DNA of 64,000 nt from a virus, in IMG/VR virus record IMGVR_UViG_3300021512_000004, positions 10,741-74,740 of that record; one strand, given 5' to 3'. The notes under the pieces are model-generated. The model was given only the letters and a program-made list of their open reading frames with translations. It was not told the origin of the DNA and did not search any database. This document shows positions 48,644 to 58,300 of this stretch, in pieces. Position 1 is the first letter of the stretch. Each line of letters starts with the position of its first letter. Both the position numbers and the translations under genes were made by a program.

Positions 48644-48808
48644 ATGAAAAAGTATATTTGCGTTAGGTGTTTAACCGTAATGAGCCGGGTTGAGCTTAGA
48701 GACGGAGCAAAACTTAAAAAGATTTCTATTGAGTTAAGCCGGAAAATTAAAATGTGCAAGTCTTGCACATGCCGGACTTTCTATAGTATTTAATTTGGGA
48801 GCAAGTAA
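48644..48808 (+). CDS. Cassette G gene (cassette end lost): 54-aa zinc-finger-like protein
   Basis: Manual translation MKKYICVRC...MCKSCTCRTFYSINLGSK. Confidence 0.5.
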
Positions 48809-48985
48809 ACGTAAGTAAAAAGACAGTTTTGAATGCTCCGAAGGTGAGCGTAGAGATAACTATTGTGTATATTGCAATGGGAAATATCGAGGTGTCCAGA
48901 GCATTACGACAATCACGAACAATCTAAGAAAGGCGCTACCGTCTTTCAAGGCAACATAATTAGATTGTTTTAAAGAGGGTAAAAT

Positions 48986-49273
48986 ATGGGAAAAGTTTTA
49001 AAGTTCAAACGAAAGGTTTCATTCTCAAAGGAGAAGATGATCTCTGCAAATCCTAACGTAAAGGTAAAAGAAGAGGAGATGGAGATTTATCAAGAATTTG
49101 GAAAGGTTTACGCAGATGTATTCGTAAAGCCTCATGGGTTCTACTCCGGGGCGTTCTTATTAAACGAAAACACCTTGAAGATAGAGGAGATGGTGAGCCT
49201 CCTGCCAAGGAGGTTCTTCCTGTCACAGGTCAGGGCAGCCCAGGAAAAGTGTTGGGCGAAAGATTGGATTTAA
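48986..49273 (+). CDS. Hypothetical protein
   Basis: GAGG RBS. Confidence 0.55.
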   Translation: MGKVLKFKRKVSFSKEKMISANPNVKVKEEEMEIYQEFGKVYADVFVKPHGFYSGAFLLNENTLKIEEMVSLLPRRFFLSQVRAAQEKCWAKDWI

Positions 49274-49301
49274 ATTGCAAGATGTAATAGTATAACCTTT
49301 C

Positions 49302-49799
49302 ATGCGAGTATTGGAGATTAACATGGTGGACAAAGTAAACAACCCTTTAACACGGCAAGACTTTACAACTGGAACCTTACCTGGGGAGGTAGCCAAAGAC
49401 GGTGAGGAGATTGGAGGAGTTAGTAGAACTTTGTTAGGGGCGGAAACCATCAAGGCTAAGGACGTAGCTGAGTTTGAAAGAAAGGAAGAGTTCGAGCCTG
49501 TAAGGAAGTCATCACCGTCAAAGATTTTTTACAATCAGTTAGCCGAGTCTTTGAATAAAATGAAAGTAGGGGATATACTCTTGTTCCCTCTACCTGAGAA
49601 CATGCTTGCTCATAACTTAAAGAAAGTTATGAGCAACAGAGGGGCAAGGGACGGAGTAGATATCCAGTATGGTAGAGCAAGGAAAGACTTCCAAGGAAGG
49701 ACTCTACCAATGAAGCTACGACCGATGACAGTAAAGAAGCTGACAGCCTGCATCATCACAGTGTTCCCATTAGCAGTCAAAAACAAAGTCAAAGAGTAG
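49302..49799 (+). CDS. Hypothetical basic protein
   Basis: GGAG RBS before MVDKVN. Confidence 0.55.
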   Translation: MRVLEINMVDKVNNPLTRQDFTTGTLPGEVAKDGEEIGGVSRTLLGAETIKAKDVAEFERKEEFEPVRKSSPSKIFYNQLAESLNKMKVGDILLFPLPENMLAHNLKKVMSNRGARDGVDIQYGRARKDFQGRTLPMKLRPMTVKKLTACIITVFPLAVKNKVKE

Positions 49800-49870
49800 T
49801 GTATTTTGTTTACAACCCTTTGACTTTGTTGAACAAAGTGTAGCAGCTACACACTTACAGGAGGTAAGAA

Positions 49871-50068
49871 GTGAATGAGAATTTAAGGTACATGAAGGAA
49901 GTCCGAGCCAGGTACCGATTAACGCATAGAGAGCTGGCAGCTCTGAGTGAATATGGGTTGGACTCAGTTAAAGGGTGGTTCTCTACGTCTCCAGGAAGGA
50001 AGGTAAATGTTCCTGACAGAGCTGTGGCGATAGTTAAGTTGAAGCTGGAGAAAAGAGAAAGAACCTGA
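49871..50068 (+). CDS. Cro/XRE-like HTH DNA-binding protein
   Basis: R....LT..ELA........SV..W pattern; AGGAGG RBS. Confidence 0.65.
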   Translation: MNENLRYMKEVRARYRLTHRELAALSEYGLDSVKGWFSTSPGRKVNVPDRAVAIVKLKLEKRERT

Positions 50069-50079
50069 AGGGGGAGGCG

Positions 50080-52881
50080 ATGTATCGCTACTATCAGTTG
50101 GAAGAAGGAAAGTCAGAGTGGAAGGTAGCCAGAGCCTCTGAGATAGAGGAAAAAATTAGAGAGGAGAAACCTAAAAGAGTTGCGATATTGGAAGTTTCCG
50201 AGCTGGTAACGGACGGGGCAGATAAAAGGTCATACTATTATAAAGGGCCTTTATATTTCGATATAGACTGTAAAGATGACCTTGATTTAGCTCTGCAATC
50301 AGGGGTTAGTTTAGTCAATAAATTAGTCTCTATGGGAGTACCGCAGCAGGAAGTTCAGATATTTGCCTCAGGAAGTAAGGGGGTCCATGTTCTAGTTGAT
50401 GAGAGAGTATTCAGCTCTGGGAGAAAGGTCAAAGCCCTGCCTCTAGTTTATAAGCAGATGGCCAGGGAGCTGTATGTTCCTGGAATGGATTTCGCAGTGT
50501 ATTCTTGCGGAAGGGGAAATGTGTTTAGGGTTCCCAACATAAAAAGGCCAGACGGGAATTATAGGATACCAATCCTGTACGACAAGTTAACTTCCCTAAA
50601 TGCAGAGAGTTACAGAGAACTTTGCTCTAAGCCTAGTGAGATATCCCACCTCCTGCCAGAGAACAAAGTAAAAGCCCTGCAGTTAGAAGATATGTTTAAC
50701 AGGTGCAAAAAGGCGGCGAACTCTAAGCCTGCAGTAGTTGTCACTGTACCTTCCAACCAGATGATACAGTTGAGAGACGTGACCCCTCCTTGCATACAGA
50801 AGGTGTGCGACTGGAAAGGGCTGAGGGCTGAGGTAAACCTGAACCAAGCAGCTATGCAAGTAGCAGTTTTCCTAAAGGCTGCCAGTGTCCCAGACTCCCT
50901 GTCTTCGGGGATGATAACCAGATTAGCGGAAAACTCCGTAAGCTCGAAGTATGACAACTGGAAATCTAGGCTAGAGCACATAAAGGGCCAGGTAGAGTAC
51001 ATGAAGGGCTCTGAATATACCTTCGGATGCAACTGCATGAGGTCTCTGCTTCTGAAGCGGCCCTGTGAAGGGTGTCCCATCGAGAAGGATCAGGCGTTCT
51101 CTGAAGAGGCTTCACATGGCGGGTTGATAGAGAAGAATGGTGGGTACTACCTCAGAGGGGCAGAGAAGGATCGAATGATAACAGACTGGACGATGAAACC
51201 TATGGACTCTTTCATCGACATCCCTCAGGACGGATCCAGTCAACCTAGAAGGGTGGGAACTCTCTTCGAACTGATACAGAACGACGAAACCATCTGTACC
51301 GTTACAGTAGACGAAACCAGCTGGATGTCTCGATCAGGATTCCTCAGGGACACCACGGAGTCCGGGTATATCCCTCTCCGATCCCCCTGTAGCTACTACG
51401 GGCAAGATGCAGACCTACACAAGATCAGAAATCACGTTTTTAGGAAGGAGAGCGACATGGGAGAAGTCTACCAAGTTTATACTTGTGGGATACACGTTGA
51501 TAAGGTGAGCCATTCTGACGTATTCACCTACGTTGAGCCTGAAATGTCCATAAATAGTAACAGGGTTTCAGGCACTCATAAACTGGCAGGCCGGGTTGTA
51601 GCCAGACCTTACTTCGCTGAAGTGGGAGTGTGTAAGGAGGGAGACGAGGCTGCAGACGAGGCTCTGTTTAATCTGATGGCGATGAATGAACCCCACGTCA
51701 TGGCGAAGACACTTGGTTGGTTTGTAGCCTGCCATTTGAAAGTCCATCTGACAAAAGTCTATCACCAATTCCCCGTCCTGAGTTTGTGGGGAGGGGCGGG
51801 ATCTGGGAAGTCTATCACTGCAGGTCTAGTTAGTTGGATCAACGGGACAGACTACATGGACAGAGATACAGGAGTGAACGTCTCCAACATCACCAACTAC
51901 GCCTTGCTGGAGTATTCGGCCAGCACAACGACAATCCCAAGGCTGATGGAGGAGTTCAACGAGTCTAAGATGTCAGAGAAAGCCTACAACTCTGTTGGGG
52001 AAATTCTAAAGGCCAGCTGGAACGGGGAAACTTTGCTGCGGGGTACTTTAGGCAACAAATCGGATAAGGGGAGGACGGGGGCAGTGGTTACGGCTATTCC
52101 TATCACAGGGCCTCTATGTGTGATGAGCGAGCAAAGGCCGGTTATGCCTGCCATCCAGGAGAGGTCTTTGGACGTATTCTTATCAAAGCCTGGGAAGAAA
52201 GGAAGAAAGCCTTACATGAGGAAGGCTTCTTCTGGAAAGCTCAAGTTAAGGGAGATAGGAAAGGCACTTATGTTTAAGGCTCTTCAGACGGATATAAAGA
52301 CAGCGACCAAGTGGTTTGACGAGGTGGATGATAGTTTGTCCGACGAGTTAGACGATAGGCCGAGATATTGTCAGATGGTGGCAATGATAGGCTTGAGATT
52401 TCTGAAGTTAGTGCTAGAGAAAGACCTTAAACTCCCTAAATCCTGTGCAAGATTAGACGACCTCATCTACACTCAGCAGTCTTACTTTGACAGATTGGCA
52501 GGTGATACTGCCATACTGGGGGCCAGCACTGAGATAGACAGGATATTGGACAAGATGGCCATCATGGCGTCCTTGACCACTGTAGGTAACGGGGTTGAGT
52601 GGCTTGTGGCAGGAGTTCACTACCTGAAAGGTGGGTCAGAGCTGCTGATAGATCCAACCCTATGTCACGCCATGTACAAGCAGTTCTGTGCTAGGGAAAG
52701 CAGAGAGGTGGTGATTATCAAGGAAGCTGCACAATTCAAGAAACTCCTCAGGGATGAAGCGTACTTCAAAGAGATTGTTAGGGATCCAAATATATTTGAC
52801 GGTAGGGAGCTTTATTGCTTGGACCTAGAATCCATGAAGATGCAGGAGATTCCTGTAGATAGGTTTGAGGAGTTGACGTAA
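50080..52881 (+). CDS. Primase-helicase fusion (AEP primase, PriCT/Cys region, P-loop helicase)
   Basis: LYFDID, SGSKGVH, PPCI and C..C...C..CP motifs; Walker A GGAGSGKS. Confidence 0.85.
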   Translation: MYRYYQLEEGKSEWKVARASEIEEKIREEKPKRVAILEVSELVTDGADKRSYYYKGPLYFDIDCKDDLDLALQSGVSLVNKLVSMGVPQQEVQIFASGSKGVHVLVDERVFSSGRKVKALPLVYKQMARELYVPGMDFAVYSCGRGNVFRVPNIKRPDGNYRIPILYDKLTSLNAESYRELCSKPSEISHLLPENKVKALQLEDMFNRCKKAANSKPAVVVTVPSNQMIQLRDVTPPCIQKVCDWKGLRAEVNLNQAAMQVAVFLKAASVPDSLSSGMITRLAENSVSSKYDNWKSRLEHIKGQVEYMKGSEYTFGCNCMRSLLLKRPCEGCPIEKDQAFSEEASHGGLIEKNGGYYLRGAEKDRMITDWTMKPMDSFIDIPQDGSSQPRRVGTLFELIQNDETICTVTVDETSWMSRSGFLRDTTESGYIPLRSPCSYYGQDADLHKIRNHVFRKESDMGEVYQVYTCGIHVDKVSHSDVFTYVEPEMSINSNRVSGTHKLAGRVVARPYFAEVGVCKEGDEAADEALFNLMAMNEPHVMAKTLGWFVACHLKVHLTKVYHQFPVLSLWGGAGSGKSITAGLVSWINGTDYMDRDTGVNVSNITNYALLEYSASTTTIPRLMEEFNESKMSEKAYNSVGEILKASWNGETLLRGTLGNKSDKGRTGAVVTAIPITGPLCVMSEQRPVMPAIQERSLDVFLSKPGKKGRKPYMRKASSGKLKLREIGKALMFKALQTDIKTATKWFDEVDDSLSDELDDRPRYCQMVAMIGLRFLKLVLEKDLKLPKSCARLDDLIYTQQSYFDRLAGDTAILGASTEIDRILDKMAIMASLTTVGNGVEWLVAGVHYLKGGSELLIDPTLCHAMYKQFCARESREVVIIKEAAQFKKLLRDEAYFKEIVRDPNIFDGRELYCLDLESMKMQEIPVDRFEELT

Positions 52882-54396
52882 ATGTACACTCTGGACGACT
52901 ATTATAAGGCTGCAGGGGTGGAGCACACTATTGCTTTCGCTCCTCACATTGGGATGGATAAGACACCAAGACCTCATCAGATATCAGGGTTAAATCTCGC
53001 CCTGAGAAATGATAAGTTCGGTTTGTTTGATGACCCAGGGACGGGGAAGACTTTGATAGCCCACGCATTCACAATGTACTGGGTGTCTGAGGGGGAGAAG
53101 GTATTAATATGTATGCCCCCAACCCTGCGTTACCAGTATTCAGAGTCGCTGCATGAGGAGTATCCTGGGTCGGAGAATTACTTCTCTCCTGTCATACTGG
53201 ACCAAGGACCAAAGAAGAGAGAGCAACTGTACAAAGAATGGAAGGAGGGGAGAGCTCCGGAGATATTGATAGTAGGGATTCAGCTGTTTAGGCAGGAGTT
53301 TGAGAAGCTGGATAGATTAGGATATAAAATTCTCATCGTGGACGAAGCGCATTGTCTAAGAGGACATGAATCCTCCCTATTCAGTTGCGTAAATAAGTTC
53401 TTGAATGAGAACAGAGGTACTGGAGGGTTGCTGATGACCGGAACCCCGTTGTACAACGAACTGAAGGATGGGTACTCTCCATGCAAACTGCTGGATACTT
53501 CTTCTTACAGGAACTACAAGGAGTTCGACAAGATTCACTGTAGATGGAAGAGTATTAGGTTGAAGACCCCTAAGAGACTTCCAAGTGGAAGAGTTCAAAG
53601 AGGGTTCAAGATATTCCAGGGGTATGTGAACCAAGGAACTTTGCAGGCCAATCTGTACAGACACGCAAGGAGGGTGTTGGGGTCTGAGGTTAACAAGCAC
53701 ATAAAGGTTAACCCAGTAACTGAGGTTCCAGTTAAGTTAACCACAACTCACACTAACTTATATCAAAAGCTGATCAGAGAGAGGTTCCTGGAACTTGCTG
53801 AAGGGGAGATCATATCTGCAGTAACCGAGCAATCCTTGAGGCAGAAATGCTTGCAGATAGTGACGTGTCCTGAGCTGTTCACCGAGAACTTCAGAGGGAA
53901 GAACAACATTGAGGAAACGGTTAGAACCTTGATGGATACTGTTAACATCAAGAAGACAAAGATAATCCTATTCCTAAATTTTAGAAGTACTGTAGAGCAG
54001 TACCTAGAGAAGTTCAAAGCATTAAATCCTGCGGCCATGTATGGAGGCTCGTCTAATGAGAAGAACCGTAAGAAGTTTCTATTTGATGACTCTTGTAGGC
54101 TGTTAATAGCTAACCCTGAGTCCGCCGGAGTGGGGTTCAACTTCCAATCCGTATGTCATACAGTCATCTTTGGGGAACCTACTTCGATCCCTGGACAGTT
54201 TAAGCAGGCTGTGGAGAGGGTGGTGAGGGGGGATCAGAAAGAGATAGTTAATATTTACATCCTGAAGGCATTAGGCACATTGGCCTTGAAAGCTACCAAG
54301 AACATGAGGAGGAAAGCCCATGAAGCAAATAAAGTAAACAGGGATAAGAAATCTCTGATGGATGACTTTAGATTAAGTAAACAAGGGAGGTATTGA
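52882..54396 (+). CDS. SNF2-family helicase
   Basis: PGTGKT, DEAH, TGTP and GVGFNFQ...Q...RV.R motifs. Confidence 0.9.
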   Translation: MYTLDDYYKAAGVEHTIAFAPHIGMDKTPRPHQISGLNLALRNDKFGLFDDPGTGKTLIAHAFTMYWVSEGEKVLICMPPTLRYQYSESLHEEYPGSENYFSPVILDQGPKKREQLYKEWKEGRAPEILIVGIQLFRQEFEKLDRLGYKILIVDEAHCLRGHESSLFSCVNKFLNENRGTGGLLMTGTPLYNELKDGYSPCKLLDTSSYRNYKEFDKIHCRWKSIRLKTPKRLPSGRVQRGFKIFQGYVNQGTLQANLYRHARRVLGSEVNKHIKVNPVTEVPVKLTTTHTNLYQKLIRERFLELAEGEIISAVTEQSLRQKCLQIVTCPELFTENFRGKNNIEETVRTLMDTVNIKKTKIILFLNFRSTVEQYLEKFKALNPAAMYGGSSNEKNRKKFLFDDSCRLLIANPESAGVGFNFQSVCHTVIFGEPTSIPGQFKQAVERVVRGDQKEIVNIYILKALGTLALKATKNMRRKAHEANKVNRDKKSLMDDFRLSKQGRY

Positions 54397-54421
54397 CTTT
54401 GCCCCATAAATAAGGCAAAAT
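54393..54421 (+). promoter_or_regulatory. Promoter-like motif TTGACT-N17-CAAAAT
   Basis: Twin of 26787-26815; lies upstream of the SSB-like gene. Confidence 0.45.
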
Positions 54422-54478
54422 AGATAGGCTGATAAAGCGAAAATGATTGAAATTAATTAAACTTAAAAGGCAAAAATA

Positions 54479-55240
54479 ATGGCACTTACCCGAAAAAACT
54501 CAGTGAAAGAATCCGTTCAAGAAACTCAAGAAGACGCTCCTGTTGAGGCTTCCGTGCAACGTGAAGAAGATGTGTTGGAGCATGAGCCACAAGAAGACGC
54601 CATCCAAGAAGAAGAAGCAGTAGTTCAGACCTCTTCGCCAGTTAAACAGGAAGCAGCTAAAGCGATGACTGCCCCTAAAGCAGGAGGTGGCGTAGCTACC
54701 CGAGAAATGGAAGAGGCTGGGTTTGCTGGAGCAACTCTGGACTGGTCTTCATTCTCCATCGTAAAGCTCTACCAAGGGGAGTTTTGCACAGGGGACGGGG
54801 ATGATCTTGGCACAGACGGCTTTGCTTGCAAGTTCCTGAGGTCTATGGATCGTTTCGTATTCAAGGAAGTCGGAGACGACGAAGACGACGATGTGGACGT
54901 TTTCTACACTTACGACAAGAATGATCAGAATACGGAAGGAACGGAAGTCTTTGAGAAGATCAAGGAGTGGAAGGAAGAAGGAGTAAAGTGGGAGATGAAG
55001 GAGTACGTCGAGGTTCTGGCTATGATTGTTGATCCAGAATGCGAGCTGGACGGAAACATTGTCAACCTGCAAATCTCCCCAGCGTCAAAAGGAAAGTATG
55101 GCGGGTACATCCACACTCAGAAATGGGTTAAGCAACTTGGCCCAGATGAGTACCTGACCAAAGTATCCAGAGGGAAGAAAATCACCTCCGGCAGGTTCGA
55201 CTACTACCCTTGGAAATTCTCCTTCCTGTCTGCCCTCTAA
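54479..55240 (+). CDS. Acidic ssDNA-binding/annealing-like protein
   Basis: Position between helicase and polymerase, with its own promoter and terminator; function is inference. Confidence 0.5.
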   Translation: MALTRKNSVKESVQETQEDAPVEASVQREEDVLEHEPQEDAIQEEEAVVQTSSPVKQEAAKAMTAPKAGGGVATREMEEAGFAGATLDWSSFSIVKLYQGEFCTGDGDDLGTDGFACKFLRSMDRFVFKEVGDDEDDDVDVFYTYDKNDQNTEGTEVFEKIKEWKEEGVKWEMKEYVEVLAMIVDPECELDGNIVNLQISPASKGKYGGYIHTQKWVKQLGPDEYLTKVSRGKKITSGRFDYYPWKFSFLSAL

Positions 55241-55267
55241 AGACACGAAGGGTTAGAGGTTAAGTGT

Positions 55268-55298
55268 ACGGCGAGGGAATCCCCTCGCCGTTCTTGTT
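55268..55298 (+). terminator. Rho-independent terminator
   Basis: ACGGCGAGGG-AATC-CCCTCGCCGT followed by TCTTGTT. Confidence 0.65.
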
Positions 55299-55318
55299 AC
55301 TGAAGAGGAGATTTAACA

Positions 55319-58300
55319 ATGTCTGTAGAGATCATAAAGACCATACTTGACGCAAAAGGTACAGTCATCCACATGTATCACAGAGGAAGCGACCTTCACC
55401 CTGTCCATTTTGGAGAAGAAGGCGAGACTGTAGCCAGCGCATCCCACTGTGTAAGGAATTGGATAGAGGGGGTTCTTCTCCCCACCTTGGAGCGGTCAGC
55501 TCCTCAAGATGTTATAGCTGCATGGGATGGGGGAAACCTTTACCGGGAGACTTTATATTCAAAGTATAAACTCCACAGGAGGGGGGAAAAGACAGAGTTT
55601 CAACTGGAGGAGGCCAACCAACAGGAGATTGCACAGAAAACAATAAAACTTCTTTTGGCTCATCTTGGGGCTGTGAACGTCTTTGTCAGCGGGGTAGAGG
55701 CGGATGACGTAATTGCCCTTCTGTGCGAAGGATTAAAGAATGAGAAGAAGTATATACAGACTGGGGATGAGGACCTAATCCAGCTGGTGAACGATAACAC
55801 TGTAGTCCTCCTGAAAGAGAAAGTAATTTTGGGAGAACATAAGGGGGTTCCCCCCCATCTAGTAGTGCTACATAAATCGTTAGTTGGGGATAGTTCAGAC
55901 GGGTATCCAGGAGTGAAAGGGTTCGGTCCAGCTGCCTGGAAGGATCTGGAGGAGGTCTATGGGAGAGATGGCCTTGAAGAGATAGATCAGTGCATGGTCA
56001 ACAAAGACTACACTTTGATAGAAGAATGTGTGGAGCAGGACGGTAACAAACATCTGTCGAAAGCCTTGGACGACCTAAAGTCTTGGAAGATGTGCTACAA
56101 CCTGGCCACCCTGCATCCTGAGATTTGTTATGACACGAGAGGGCGCAGGGTGATAAGGCCCCAATGGTTCACTAAAATACCGGACAACGGCAGCAAGATT
56201 AGAAGGATTCTGGAGTCGGTAGGAGGAATGGAGTTCTACAGCTCATTAGAGACTCACCTCAGAACAGAGACCTTGGTTACGGCTGACAACCTTGAGGCTG
56301 CCTTTGACGCATTGAATGAGGAGCTGCCAAACAGCCCTCTGGTCTCCTTCGATTATGAGACTACCGATACCTTAAAACATGCTCCATTTACGGAGGCCTT
56401 GTCTGCAATGCAGCGAAGCAGAGGTGGGTATGTAGATGTCCTTAGTCAAGTTATCAACGGAGTTTCATTTAATTTTGGCAGAAACAATCAACACACCTTA
56501 TATCTGTCAACTGATCACAAGGATACCAATAACGTAGATCAGGAAGTTATCTGCGATGTACTGAAAGAAGTCCTTTACGAAGTTAAAGTTCCTATGGCAG
56601 CCCATAACTTCTCGTTCGAGGAGCAAGTGACAAAGCAATGCCTGGGGATGGAGCTGCCGCCGATGGCGGACACCAAGATCCTGGCCAGCTATGCAGATGA
56701 AGAGACTCAGGCCGGGTTAAAGTCATTGAGCTTTGACTATCTTGGGTACACCCAGACCACCTACAAGGAACTGCTTGAGTCTGCCGGAGTTGACGATATG
56801 TCGCAGATGTCAGGGGAGCAGGTCCTGAGCTATGGTTGTGATGACTCAGTGATAACCTCTCACCTGCATAAGCTATTCACCCTGATCTGTAAAATAGAAG
56901 GCACCTTGGAGTTTGTAGAGGGTCAGGAGTACCCTACCGTCCTCCCACTGAATCGGAGATTCGAAGCCGGGATGGCTGTTGACTATGAGGTAATGTCCAA
57001 ACTGCAAGAAGAGGACAGGACAGTTGTTGAGGAAAGTGAAGTCCGATTAAGAGAGTTGCTTTTGGATAACTGCTGTCAGGTAAACAAAAAGGCTGCAGAG
57101 GACTACATCGCCTCAGAGTTCCGATCTTTAAAGAAGCTTAAGGAGTTGGACGGGAAGAAGCTCAGGAGAGAGGAGGAGTTGTTACGCTACGAAAACAAGT
57201 CTGAGTACATTCCTTACTTCAAAGAGGAATCTTCGTTGGAGTTTACAGGAACTGCCGGACAGCTGAAAAAGATAGCCCTGCTTGTCGGCTTCCCAGAAGA
57301 CATTCAAATGCAGTCAGTGGCTAAAACAAAGATAAATCTATGGCTGACCGAGATCAAGGAGTGGGACTGGAAAGAGGCCATAGAGCTCGACAGGCTGGCC
57401 CAGGCTGGAGAGTTCCTGACCCTGCTGGCTGAGTCCGCCCACCAAGTTGCCAAGAAGGAAGGGGAGGAGTTTGAAGAACTCAAAAAATTCTGTTCCGGAT
57501 TCATGGACAAGAAAACAAAGACAGTCGGAGACGCTCTTAATCTAAATAGCCCCGCACAGATGCAGGAGCTGCTGTACTTAAAACTAGGCTTCTCTGTATC
57601 CATGAGGACTATGCCACAGAGGGGGTCAAGGAGAGATGAGCTAGGCCTTCCTGGAAGTCCGGGAACCGATGAAGACTCAATGAAGTTCCTAGTGGCTGAG
57701 CAGACTGAGGAAGGGGATTGGAGAAGGGAGGTTGTGTCTTTGGTGATAGCATCAAAAGCCAGCTCCACCAGAGAGAGTCTGTATTGGAAACCGTACCCTA
57801 AGTGGAAGCACCCAAGAGACGGGATGATCCATCCAGGGATAAATTGTCCTGCTACAAAGACCAGAAGACCAAAAGGAACCTCCCCAAACATCCTCCAAGT
57901 ATCTAAAGGGCCGACAAGAAGCTTCGTCATCCCGAGATACACAAAGGATGTGATAGTTGCTTTGGATTTCTCAGGGCAGGAGTTGAGGATAACCGGATCA
58001 GAGTCAAAAGACTCCGAGCTTATAAGCGCCTACACGGCAGGAGGGAGTTACATTGATGAAGACGGGATGGAGCGACAGATCCTTAAAGACATACACTCTG
58101 TTACGGCTTGTTCTTTTGCCTCTAAGATAATAGAACAGTCGGTTGGAAAGGAGGCTATGGCATCGCTTCCAGTGACTAACGGAGGGTTGGATTATCAGTT
58201 CTTCATATCAGTTCTTGAAGGGGATGAGCAGGTTATAGCAAACTCAGGAATCCTTGCAGACGAGCTGTCTAGATTGATCTACCTCTGCAGGAAGATGGCT

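Larger units (their letters stand above)
46577..48808 (-). mobile_element. Integron-type gene cassette array without integrase in window (7 attC-like sites, 6 complete cassettes and 1 partial)
   Basis: attC-like sites at 46577-46632, 46879-47007, 47322-47383, 47639-47694, 47971-48100, 48325-48380 and 48596-48635. Each is TAAC...GTTA with L boxes and extrahelical bases in canonical positions on the minus strand, and each cassette's two ends are complementary. Confidence 0.85.

Noticed and set aside
57000-57550. Intein in DNA polymerase
   Set aside because: The extra segment has no C/S...HN splice motifs or endonuclease blocks; it is more likely a thumb-domain insertion.
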